From the NCBI RefSeq assembly GCF_009914755.1, contig NC_060940.1: a DNA stretch of 64,000 nt. One strand, written 5' to 3'. This document shows, piece after piece, positions 12,324 through 25,139 of the stretch. Made by a program: the position numbers and the translations under genes. Below the pieces are notes generated by a model. That model was not told where the DNA came from, did not search any database, and worked only from the letters and a program-made list of their open reading frames with translations. Positions within the stretch are counted from its first letter, which is position 1. Every line of letters starts with the position of its first letter. Source of the DNA: the human T2T-CHM13v2.0 reference genome, Homo sapiens.

Positions 12324-12910
12324 TCAAACCAGTACAAGGAGTTTCAATTAGCAAAACTTAAACTCAGTAATTAAACCAACTACAGTACTAGGGTGAACAT
12401 CTAAATAAAATGTCCAAGAATGATTGTCAACAACCATTCAAGGATTATACGTTTTGCCACTACCATATGCTGAGGGCTTATTGAATGTCAGACATCCTGC
12501 AGAGTTTGTTCTGTGGTCCCCATTATGTTGGAGTCTAAATTCAGGCAAACTAGATACTATAAACAGAGGAGGGGAAGATGCCACCCACGGGTACCATTTA
12601 TTAAGCTCTTACCCTGTATCAGTCACGTTATAGACATGATCCCAATTAATCCTCACAGTGAAAAGACGGAAATATTATCATTGTCCCTATTTTTCAGAAC
12701 AGGAAGCCAGGATCCAGAGAAATTAAGCCATTGGCTCAAATTCTTAAAGTTCTTAAGTGGGAAAACAAGATTTTGGACCCAAAATCTGTTGACTTATTAC
12801 CTAGCTTCTATTGAATTCTGCATCATTAGTAATGAAAACTTAACTCCTAATCCTAACACAAGGTTAAATAGCAAGTAGGATGGGGGGGGGGAATGAAGAT
12901 GTTTCCTGAA

Positions 12911-12931
12911 GTGTACACGCGTGTGCGTGCG

Positions 12932-12976
<45 letters not shown>
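12911..12976. repeat. Compound (GT/GC)n-(GC)6-(AC)18 microsatellite
   Basis: 66 bp of uninterrupted purine-pyrimidine alternation. Confidence 0.97.
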
Positions 12977-12978
<2 letters not shown>

Positions 12979-13113
12979 CTGAATTTGGTCTGAGAACATG
13001 GATGTGCTAACAAACCCTTACTTACTTCTGGGCATTCCACAGTCTTCCAGGTCATTAGCCTCCTAGCTCCCATTCAAATCCACACCATTAGTAGCTGCAA
13101 TCAGCTATAATTC

Positions 13114-13266
13114 TTTTATTTTTTAATTTAATTTTATTTATTATTATTATACTTTAAATTTTAGGGTACATGTGCACAATGTGCAGGTTAGTTACATATG
13201 TATACATGTGCCATGCTGGTGCACTGCACCCACTAACTCGTCATCTAGCGTTAGGTATATCTCCCT
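13114..13266 (-). mobile_element. Young L1PA 3' end fragment
   Basis: TTATTATACTTTAAATTTTAGGGTACATGTGCACAATGTGCAGG. Confidence 0.92.
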
Positions 13267-14199
13267 CTAAATGCTAAGCTTCCTCTAAAAAACCTCACAG
13301 ATTGGCAATTTCCTACTGTGCCTCAAGTGTTAATTCAACCAGGTCAATCAACCAGCCCTTAAAACTGAGCAAGATCACCTGCAAAGGCATTTCTAATAGC
13401 CATATCTGAGGAGAGGCTGAGTAGGTGAAATTGTAGGGATGATTTTGTAACCAGAATTTTTCAACCCTTGGAGAGCTAGAGGTGCTTCTGAGGCAGTGAG
13501 GTGAGAAAAGGGGGATTTCAAGGAATTTTGGTAGCACAGGTAGTCTCTTACTTCTCCACGGGGGTTCAACAGACTAACCTTACATGTTCTGAAATCAGAT
13601 ATACACAGTATCGCTACTATATTCAAAAACATGCTAATTAAGAGAGGACAGGACTTGTAACAATCAGAAGAAAGGCCAATGGGAACTAAGAACCTGATTA
13701 GATTATGTAGGTTTTAGAGGCTTCGTTGCGTTAGGGGGTTTTGTAGGAATGAAGAGAGAGGATAGTGGAGAATGCAGTGTGAGCTTGTTTTTAGATTGAG
13801 AGAAGACCTTTAAAAGACGTATCCAGCTGATGGTAAAATGATGGGGTGTGCTGTATTGATCAGAGGTGAATTTTCTTATCTTGGAGGGTAGAAAAAAACA
13901 GGCTAATTAATAGATACATAAAATGCATTTGATTGGAGCAATGACCTCCAAGGCAAGATATGTGCAAAAAAAAAAACCCCACTGGGATATGGAAATAAAA
14001 TATTAGAGCTACTAATAATGTTTACTTCGACTTCAAAATGCAGAAGGAAATTAAATTTTACTAATATGTAGCATATGATTGACAGGGAGTAAGTATACAG
14101 TGTATAAATGAATATGCATACATGTGGTATATCATAAAATGTTTTTTCCTGGTAAGGATGAGACTCCTTAGTAAGATTATTTATATGTGAATCTGTGTG

Positions 14200-14660
14200 T
14201 TTGGAAATATTTGAAATGTGATGTTGGTGAAAGAAAAGGTACTAGAATGGATAGTGTTAAATATTTATATAATGGAACATTAGACAACTGTTAAAATGAA
14301 TATACTTGCTTTAGATAAATCTTAAAATGTCAAATTTAAAAAAGCAAGCTGCAGAATAATGTGCTCAGTGTGATTCCATTCATACATATTTTGAAAGCGT
14401 ACAAAATAGTATTCTGTGTCATTTATTTCCGTATATAGAAAGGATATAACATTGTGGATAAGATGAGTGCTTGCTAATTTCAGAGTAGTTGTCAACACCT
14501 GGGAGAACATTAGGGCTACGAGATTAGGAACACTACAAAGGAAGTTCTGAACAAAACATTAACATGTGTTCAGTCTAGGAGATAGGAGTGTGGTTGCTTG
14601 CTGGTTTATTAAATGAATCTATATTCTTTTGTCTGTTCATAACATTTTATAATAATCCAA
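14200..14660 (+). mobile_element. Old L1ME 3' region
   Basis: AAAAAAGCAAGCTGCAGAATAATGTG..GATTCCATT similarity. Confidence 0.55.
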
Positions 14661-15039
14661 TCAATGATATGTGCTAAATTGGTGGATTGAGCAGAACATA
14701 TCCTGGAAAGTTAGGTTTATAAGTGTGGGAAGGCTGCAGAAAGTTTACTTTCTTGGGACCCCAGAAGTAAGGTGAGCTGTAAACACCTTGTTCAAGCAAG
14801 AGAAGCAGAGGATGCAGCCAAGACTAAACTGCTGCCGCTTCTCGGTGTCCACTGATGGGGCTCTCCGTCTTTGTGCTAACTGCATCATAATGAGCAGAAC
14901 CGCATGCATTAAATAAAGAGTAATCAATCATGAGCAACATGACAGGTGATCCTGTGAGCCTCATGTTGGGGGATGTAGGGTGAGTTTGAGAAGAATGTCA
15001 AAGAATGACAAACACTGAGCTCACAGGGGCTAGCCGGGT

Positions 15040-15360
15040 CAGTGGTTCTTAACCCCAGGTGCATATTAGCAACACCCAGGTTGCTTAAGTTCTCTGACCC
15101 CTCCGCAGACCAATTGAATCAGTAGTATCTCTGGGGTTGGAGACCTGGCCTAGGCATCTAATTTAAAGTTCCTTTTTTATGGGTGAGTAGTATTCCATGG
15201 TATAAATATACCACATTTTCTTTATCCACTCATTGGTTGATACAATTCATACATGCAACCAAAAACCATTTGTACCTGTAAAGCAATTGAAATAAAAATA
15301 AAAATAAAATACATAGAGTTCACTAGCTGATTCCAAAGTGCAGCCCGAGTCGAGCTCAGT
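15040..15360. mobile_element. MER5 interrupted by a small 5'-inverted L1 (15169-15310)
   Basis: MER5 halves flank an antisense L1 piece joined to a sense L1 3' end with AAAAT tail. Confidence 0.75.
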
Positions 15361-16155
15361 GGGGTATAAGGTATTTCCCGGGGTGCCACGACCATGGGTT
15401 TTGTCTGTTTTTACGCCTCCTGGCTTGGTAACGACCAACGTAACTTGTGTTTGCAAACACAGGTTGCCTTACATGCTGTGCTGATTACCTTTTCTGCTCA
15501 GATACAAACCTCAGTGGGAAATGGGACGTAGAGTCAATGGCCCTTAAGGAAATCATATGATATGGGGACCAGGTCTTTAAAATTAGGAAACAAAGGTCCT
15601 GAAACAAGAAATGCCTTGGCCCAAAGACACACAGCTGTTTAGCAGTAGGTCTGGGATTTAAACACTAATTTTCTGACACTATCTTGAAATTAAAGAAAGT
15701 TCCGTTAAGAAGGGTTTGTTTTCTTCAGCTGATACTGTTAACCTGCACCGACTTACGAAGGCATTGCTGAGTGGACCTTCTTCTGAGCACAAAACAGTTT
15801 ATAATTATCCTAATTGTACGGAAATGAGAGCTTTCCAAACATGTGAAGGGTCATAAAAACGTCTTGTTCAGTTAGTTATTTTAAGTATTCCCACTATGAT
15901 CTTGTTTTGAACATAATTTTATTTTATTTTTGAGGGAGTGTTTGGTTAGTGCTGAAAAGCTCTAAACTACCCTCTATTTGAATGGGTTTGCATTAAATAT
16001 TAGAAGCCAAATTAGTAAGGTTCTGAAGGACTCTAGTCTGAAAGAGAGGCTGGGAATGGAGTGGACTCAATAAAAATCAAGTAATAGAAATAATAATAAT
16101 AATAGCAAACACTTATGAGCACTTGCTGGGCACTTTTCTTAGTGCTTTAAGTGAT

Positions 16156-16284
16156 AGGGTTGCTGCCAGATTTAGTAAATAAAAATAAAGGGCACCCAAA
16201 TAAATTTGAATTCCAGCAAACGACAAATAATTTTTTACTCTAAGTATGTTCCTGTATTTTCTTTGCTGATTCTGTCGACTCCAC
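16156..16284. mobile_element. MER53 hAT element inside a MIR (16080-16460)
   Basis: AGGGTTG..CCAGATTTAGTAAATAAAAATA; 8-bp TSD TAAGTGA(T/A). Confidence 0.75.
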
Positions 16285-18710
16285 TAAGTGAATTAACACC
16301 ATTTAACCTTTACAATCCTACGTGGTAGATTTAATTAATCCCCAAAATACAGAGGAGAAAATGGAGGCAGTGTTAGGTAACTTATCCAAAACGACAAAGC
16401 TACTATGTAGCAGAGTTGGGATTTGAACCTAGGAAGTCCAGATAACCACCATGATACACTGCCTGTTCAACAACTATTCAGTCTGCAGACATTTACTCTG
16501 TATCTGGGGAACTTGCTAATATCCAGATGTCCCTGCTCACCCCCATAGATTCTGATGCAATAGGTCTAGGGGTGGATCCTTGGTATCCACTGAAACTGAT
16601 GTGCCTGAAGTCTGAGATCCTCCAAACGACATCATCTCTATGCTTCATGATTCTTGATCCTGGCTGCACATTAGAGTTGCCTGGGGAGGCTGTGGTTCAT
16701 TTGATGTGGGGTGGAGCCACTGAGTGATTCCACCATAGGAACCAAGGTTAAGAATCACTGCTATAGTACAGTACCTCTTGGCTCTACCTTGATTCAATGG
16801 TAAGTGAACACACATGGTTGAAACACTCCTAAGGAAGTTAAGGATAAAGAAAAAAGAGTAAGATTAGCGATGTCCCTTCATGATGAAGAACCTTCCCCTC
16901 ACCTGACATCTGAATACTTATTTTGGCATCAGTTCACTCAACATCTGTATGCTAAGAACCAACTGTGAGCTCAACGGGGAGATGTACAGAATCAATTACT
17001 ATCTAGACACATGCCTGGAAGGCAGGATGGCATTCAGGAAAACTGTGACTCAATCCTCAGTCAGGTGCCCCTACTTTTCACTCTACCCAAATCCCCTTTC
17101 AGATAATCAAGACCAGGATTCCAACTTGACTTCTCAAACCCACCCAGAGTCACAGCAGCTGCCTAGGCAACACCCGTGCCACCCATTTCTCTTGCCTGCC
17201 TTTCTTCTTCTTTGTAAAGCTTACCTGTTCTCTGTTTCAGTTCCTCCAGAGCTCTTCCAGGCATTTAGAACTCAAACACTGATCTTATTGGAGCTCCTAC
17301 ATAAATATCTGCCCGCGGATTGATATTTAGCCATTGCTAAAGAGTCTGTGCTAGGGTGGGGAGTATCATGGAAGTACCCTCCTTTTGTGGACTCTAGGGA
17401 TTTTGCATCCCCCAATCAGACTTTGAAAGTCTCCAGGTGGGTAGGCACACTACACTAGAAAGGAATTATTAAACCTCAGAGTTATTAAAGTCCAACATTT
17501 TCCATTCATTTAACAAATAACAAGGTGCTGGGTGCTGGGCTAGATCATGGGAAAATAAGGCTGATGGAGAGGGACAAGGTCCCTGTCCCCATGGGGCTTA
17601 TATTCAGTCTATCTAAGGTAAGTCCAGGTGATATAGCTTCCTCCTAGTAAATATGGTACAGGAACAAAGTCTTAGGTCTAATTGCAACTTGTCCTAAAGC
17701 AAAAGGGATCATGGCATGGCCCACCATAACTCCTACTCTGATATAATGTCCAAGCAGCACCATTTCAGTGGCAGGGATGTGGGCCGCATTGCTGAGATTT
17801 GAGACATTTGAGACCACAGACCTTGGTCCCTTGAAACAGGCTCTGGTTAGCTATTCATTTCAGTTCTCAGTATTCACTAAGTATTTCCTAAGATGATAAC
17901 CATGACTAATATTTAAGAAGCTCTTTTGATGTGCAAAGCTCTATATGAATTACTGCATTTTAACTTCACAATGAATAGCTGCAAGATTGCAAAGGACGTA
18001 AAGGAAGCAGAGATTGACCGACCTACAGTCTTACTCCAGAGTAGTGTTTCTTAACCTTTTTTTTTTAAACCATCCCTCTAAGAAGCCCTTTAAAACACTT
18101 TTTATTAATTGACCCTTTCATATGAAATTTTAATGACATAGATATACTGTTTATATAGTGTATGTACCTCATAAATATTTAATGTATTGGATACATATCT
18201 GTGCTTTAAACATAAAATAGTAAGTTTTTTTCATCCTCAGAACCAATTCTTGCCCCCCTTGGAGGCCATAGCACCCTCACTGAAAGCACATATCCCGACT
18301 ACTAACTACTGTAGAAAGGTTAACCCACCTTTCTACACTTCGTGGTGTTTTTATGTGCAAAATACTGGTTTATTAGTTGCTCCCCTGACTCCAAGCAAAA
18401 TGCCTTACCCTGCAATATGAGGAAGTTCATATCCTAATTGATACAAACTGTTTCAAAGGTTGAAAGAGTAATACAGCATTAGCTGATTCGCCATAAAACA
18501 TAGCTCCTTGTTGCAAACACTTGGGTATAGCCTGGGAGGTAGTATGCTCTATCTACAAATAACAAGAAAAAACAAACTAGTGTTCTTGCCCAAATCTTGT
18601 CTCTTACCTGTCTTCAATGAGGGAATCTCCACTTGTTAACTCTGTGACTTTGGGCTGCTCATTATTGTCTCTGAGCCTTGGCTCGCTCATCCATAAGATG
18701 GGAGTGATGA

Positions 18711-19008
18711 GGCTGGGCGTGGTGGCTCACGCCTGTAATCCCAGCACTTTGGGAGGCCGAGGCGGGCAGATCATGAGGTCAGGAGATCGAGACCATCCTG
18801 GCTAACATGGTGAAACTCCATCTCTACTAAAAATACAAAAAATCAGCCGGGCATGGTAGCGGGCGCCTGTAGTCCTAGCTACTCAGGAGACTGACACAGG
18901 AGAATTGCTTGAACCCAGGAGGCAGAGGTTGCAGTGACCAAGATCGCACCACTGCACTCCAGCCTGGGAGACAGAGCGAGACTCCGTCTCAAAAAAAAAA
19001 AAAAAAAA
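18711..19008 (+). mobile_element. AluSc/Y-like inserted in a MIR
   Basis: GAGATCGAGACCATCCTGGCTAAC; TSD AAGATGGGAGTGA(T/C)GA. Confidence 0.96.
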
Positions 19009-19361
19009 GATGGGAGTGACGATAGTGCCACCCCAAAAGGCTGTTGTGTGAATTAAATGAGGTAATGTACATGCAGCGTTTAGCACAGAGGCCCACACAG
19101 AATAAGATCTCATAACACGTTCATATGGTCACAGGTTGGGTTCCCTGGAAGCAGATGCTGAGATGGAGTTTGGGCATTAACCCCTGGACAAGGAAGGAGT
19201 TGAAGGAAAAATGTTTGGTAATGATCACTTGGGGAAGAAAGGGGAGGAACAGAGACATGAATCATGATGCAGTTTCAACAAAGCTTGGCCAACTTGGCCA
19301 TAAGCTCTGGAGCAAGTAACTCTCATCACGTTGGCCAGCATTAGGCCAAAATGTCCTGGCT

Positions 19362-20836
19362 TATTTCTTTTTTTTGTTGTTTTTGTATTTTTTTTTCTTT
19401 TTTTTTTTAGTATGCTTTAAGTTCTAGGGTACATGTGCACAACGTGCAGGTTTGTTACATATGTATACATGTGCCATGTTGGTGTGCTGCACCCGTTAAC
19501 TCGTCATTTACATTAGGTATATTTCCTAATGCTATCCCTCCCCTGGCCCTCCATCCATGACAGACCCCAGTGTGTGATGTTCCCCACCTTGTGTCCAAGT
19601 GTCCTCTTTGTTCAATTCCCACCTATGAGTGAGAACATGTGGTGTTTGTTTTTCTGTCCTTGCAATAGTTTGCTCAGAATGATGGTTTCTAGCTTCATCC
19701 ATGTCCCTACAAAGGACATGAACTCATCCTTTTTTATGGCTGCATAGTATTCCATGGTGTATATGTGCCACATTTTCTTAATCCAGTCTATCATTGATGG
19801 ACATTTGGGTTGGTTCCAAGTCTTTGCTATTGTGAATAGTGCTGCAATAAACATATGTGTGCATGTGTCTTTATAGCAGCATGATTTATAGTTCTTTGGG
19901 TATATGCCTATTAATGGGATGCCTGGGTCAAATGGTATTTCTAGTACTAGATCCTTGAGGAATCGCCACACTGTCTTCCACAATGGTTGAACTAGTTTAC
20001 AGTCCCACCAACAGTGTAGAAGTGTTCCTATTTCTCCACATCCTCTCCAGCATCTGTTGTTTCCTGACTTTTTAATGACTGCCATTCTAACTGGTGTGAG
20101 ATGGTATCTCATTGTGGTTTTGAGTTGCATTTCTCTGATGGCCAGCGATGATGAGCATTTTTTCATGTGTCTGTTGGCTGCATAAATGTCTTCTTTTGAG
20201 AAGCGTCTGTTCATATCCTTTGCCCACTTTTTGATGGGGTGGGGTTGTTTGATTTTTTCTCGTAAATTTGTTTAAGTTCTTTGTAGATTCTGGATATTAG
20301 CCCTTTGTCAGGTGGGTAGATTGTAAAAATTTTCTCCCATTCTGTAGGTTGCCTGTTCACTCCGATGGTAGTTTCTTTTGCTGTGCAGAAGCTCTTTAGT
20401 TTAATTAGATCCCATTTGTCAATTGTGGCTTCTGTTGCCATTGCTTTTGGTGTTTCAGTCATGAAGTCCTTTCCCATGCCTATGTCCTGAATGGTATTGC
20501 CTAGGTTTTCTTCCAGAGTTTTTATGGTTTTAGGTCTAACATTTAAGTCTTTAATCCATCTTGAATTAATTTTTGTATAAGATGTAAGGAAGGGATCTGG
20601 TTTCAGCTTTCTACATATGGCTAGCCAGTTTTCCCAGCACCATTTATTAAATAGGGAATCCTTTCCCCATTTCTTGTTTTTGTCAGGTTTGTCAAAGATC
20701 AGGTGGTTGTAGATGTGTGGTATTATTTCTGAGAGCTCTGTTCTGTTCCATTGGTCTATATCTCTGTTTTGGTACCAGTACCATGCTGTTTTGGTTACTG
20801 TAGCCTTGTAGTATAGTTTGAAGTCAGGTAGCGTGA
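19362..20836 (-). mobile_element. 5'-truncated L1PA (about L1PA5-6), ORF2 C-terminus plus 3'UTR
   Basis: ORFs 20211-20861 and 19612-20214 match L1 ORF2p including [18 protein letters not shown]; one frameshift near 20235; poly(T) at left. Confidence 0.97.
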
Positions 20837-20849
20837 CTTTCAAATAGAA

Positions 20850-21272
20850 AAAAGAAAACATCCAAAAAGAAAACTAAGAAAACAATTCCATTAGCAATAG
20901 CCAAAAAACAAAAAAACAAAAAACTTAAGAAATTAAGAAAAGAAGCCTAAGACTTGTACACTAAACACTACAACACATCACTGAAAGCAACTAAAGAAGA
21001 CCTAAGTAAGTGGAAAGCTATCCTGTATTCATGGATAAGAAGACTTAATATTGCTAAAATGGCAACACTCTCCAAATAGATCTGAAGATTCAACCCAACA
21101 CCTATCAAAATCCTAGCTCCCGTTTTTGCAGCATTTGGCAGGCTGATCCTAAAATTTATATGGGGTTTCAAATAGCAAAATACAAGGGGTTTCAAATAGT
21201 GGGAAAAAAAAAATCTTAAAATTGGAAAACTCACGTTTTCTGATTTCAAAAGTTACAGCAATCAAAACAGGT
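20850..21272 (+). mobile_element. Old L1M ORF2 fragment, opposite orientation to the adjacent L1PA
   Basis: AAGAAGACCTAAGTAAGTGGAAAG..GCTGATCCTAAAATTTATATGG. Confidence 0.8.
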
Positions 21273-21920
21273 ACCCAGGTGATGGAAGAAGTCCATCTTG
21301 GACATTGATAATTGTGTTGCCTAGAAAAAAGAGAGAAAATGAAATACCACACAATGACTCTGAAAAATTCTGCTCATAATTGTTCCACATCATTTTGGTT
21401 CACATTCCAATGGCATAAGCACGTCATATGGCTAAAACATGGTTTCAATGAACACAAATGTATAATCCTCCCTTAGGGAGTGGCAGTAAATATTTTGAGC
21501 AATTATAATATGTTCAGGTGATATTTTAGATAGAGTCATGGCATAATAATTTGGAGGTCTAGTCACTCCTGGAGCCTGACTGATTCTCTGGAAGAATCTT
21601 CAGAAAGTGTGAAGATGATGTCAACACACTTATATGACTACATGCTTCTCAGCACATTTACAGCCAGGTGGGGAAATCCCATGTCAGCCCACTCACCTCT
21701 CTAATGTATCTGAAGTCATTTCAGCTTTTACCTCTATAACCAGAGCTGTTTTTTTCCAGAGAGTCCAAGAGAAAGTAAAGTTGCAGAAAATTGAATCAGG
21801 ACCATGGCTATGAGCAAACACATGGATTTTTTTTATTTTAGATTGGTTAAAAATTAAATTTCTGTTTCCAGGGGTGGAGCTGAAAGAACATCCCTTATTC
21901 TGTAAATTATAGGGTGTTTA

Positions 21921-22205
<285 letters not shown>

Positions 22206-22895
22206 ATGATAGGGTATTTGTATCAAAAAAGACAGATTCCCTAAAGGAAAGTTAATGAGAAAAAAACCTTTAATGCTGCTTCCATCCTCTCAGGAGGAAG
22301 AATTGCGGGAAGGGTTACAGCATCTCACCACCCAACGAGGGCACACTGCATACCAGTGGTGGAGAAATGGGTGAGCCCCAAGAGCTTGCCTTGGATGGTC
22401 AGAGAATGAGGCTCTTATTCCATCATGGACCACAATAGCAGCCTTAGGGGCGGCATTCATGTGCTGTTGCTCAGGCTTCACAGGAAAGAAAGCTATGGGC
22501 TGATCCCTTTATGGAGCAAGCTGAGTATTCAGAGCAGCCGTGTACTCAAGGATGAGCTGCCCAGGTGCTGGTAAATCCCAGTTCTTTTTTATCATGTTTC
22601 CAGATGCCAATCATTCATTTACATTTCAAACATCGTATTTGTTCCTCATGACTCATTAGCTTGGAGGGAGGGAGAGCAAAGAGGATTGTCCCAATATGCC
22701 TCTGTTACCTGGACTGCTAGGCCATGCTGAGCAGAGAGCAAAGCTAGGACACCTGATACCTATGCCACCCATGGATTTTGATCCCGATCACCTTTAATAT
22801 GCTAATAAAATGTACAAACACATACGTGGTTCTCTTGGCACAAATATATTCTCCAAGTCTGTTGGGTCTCATTGAATGTGAAAAAGAAGATTCTA

Positions 22896-23281
<386 letters not shown>

Positions 23282-25139
23282 TTATGCCAACTGGAGAGCC
23301 CTGACATCTGTCACCCTGCTGACTGTGAAGCCTGCAGAGCTAGGATAGATGATGTCTTGGGATTTATGTTACTTAGGGATAGAACTCAAACTAGTTGAGG
23401 TCAAGAGAAGAAGTTAATGACCCACATACTTGAATGGTTCAGGGATTGCTCCAATATGGCTACCTCAGGTATGACTTGTTCCAGGTACTCACATAATGTC
23501 ATACAAACTTGCTCTGTTTCCCTTTCTTGGCTCTGTTTTACTGTGTGTTGGTTTTATTCTTAGGCAAGCTCTCTCCATGTGGTGGCAGGATGACTGTACA
23601 TTCCAAGCAGCCCTGGCATTACTAGAGTGCCTGCCCACTGCCAAATAGTTTCAGGAAAGTTTCTGGGTTGTGTTATAAACCCTGCCTGCGTCTTGTGTCC
23701 ATCTCTGAAATAGCCACTGTGTCCAGGAAGATGCCGTGGTCTACTTGACCAGCCCTTGTTCATGTGCCTAGAGTGGAGTCAACTCTCCTGAATCATATAG
23801 AGAAATCGAGAGACAGACTGTTATTCATGCACCTGTCATAATATATGAGGTTCTCTATAGATTAATTCTTTTCCTATCTTTCTCCTCTTCTAGGTGCTGA
23901 GCAGCACAAGGGTTTGGGCTATTTAATGTGTCTCTATAAGTGCAGTGTCTAGCACAATGTATGAAACCTATGAGTGCCCAATAACCGATCAATATTGTAC
24001 ATGAATGAGTGTTCAATAACAAGGTGATAAATCACAAGGATCATATGCATTCTAATTACCTAGTTTGGGGGTTGCTCCATAGCTCAAAAATATTTGTTGA
24101 GTGAATCAGCATTCAGTTCCTCTGGGGATGGAAATTATATCTGATTAACTCTTTGTGTGTTTTCAGCAAAATACACAGTAAGTAACCAACGATGTTGTTA
24201 AATAAGAAAATAGATGAATGGGTGAGCTTTAAGTTTCACCACTCAAGGAACCTCATCTCCTTCATCACTCAATTCCCAGTGGTAGATCCAGTAAGCCCTA
24301 CCCTCTAGGGACTCAAGATACCTCCATCCTTACTCTCCCACTTCCCAGCTGGAAAGCTGCTTAACTCACCTGTATCCCAGAGGATGTCCAGAGGATGTGG
24401 GCCATGGTGAGAAGATAGTGAGTTTGAATATGAAAAAGAGGCAAGAAGGAGACAAATGAGGAGTTCACTCCAAGTTCACATTCATCTTATTTTGGAAGGA
24501 AGTGGGAAAGGAGAACAAAGTTTTCATGAATAATGCTGCATATTAAAATGCTTGCTCTCTCTGATGGTGATTAAGATGGATGAAGCATCATACTGACTTT
24601 TGGAGGGAGTGGGAGTACAGCTGACAATTTTCCCATCAGAGCTTTTCACGAAGAAGGAGCAACTCCCAGGTCCCCCCGCCACTTCCCTCCTCCTGCTCCA
24701 GCCTGCCTTTCCTGCACAGCTTCTGGCTGCTTCTAGGCACTGGAGGAGGAATTCATCAGGGGCTGACAAGTGGCAAATGACATTAGCTGCCAACTATATT
24801 TTTTAAAATGTGAACACAACCGGGGTAATGTCTTATTCCCTTCTCCCTGTTTCCAGTCCCTGTGCCTAACAATAGTGCCTGAATCCTGGTAGGCACATGG
24901 TACTTCGAATTCCTCCGCGGTGGGCATTTGTCATTTTCGGCTATCTCTCGTTCCTTTCCTCTTCTTCTGTTATCAAATGCCTTTCTTTTCTTTTGAGGAG
25001 CCACTCCCTTCCTTCAATTTATGTGGTTCTGGGGATTAAAGGAGCTAATTCTGTCAAATTCTTAAAATACCGCCTTAATTAATATTAGCTATCATTATAG
25101 CTAATATATCATTACAGCTAATATTACATTATAGTATAG

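Noticed and set aside
19612-20861. Functional L1 ORF2
   Set aside because: 5'-truncated, lacks the endonuclease and RT core, and is frameshifted
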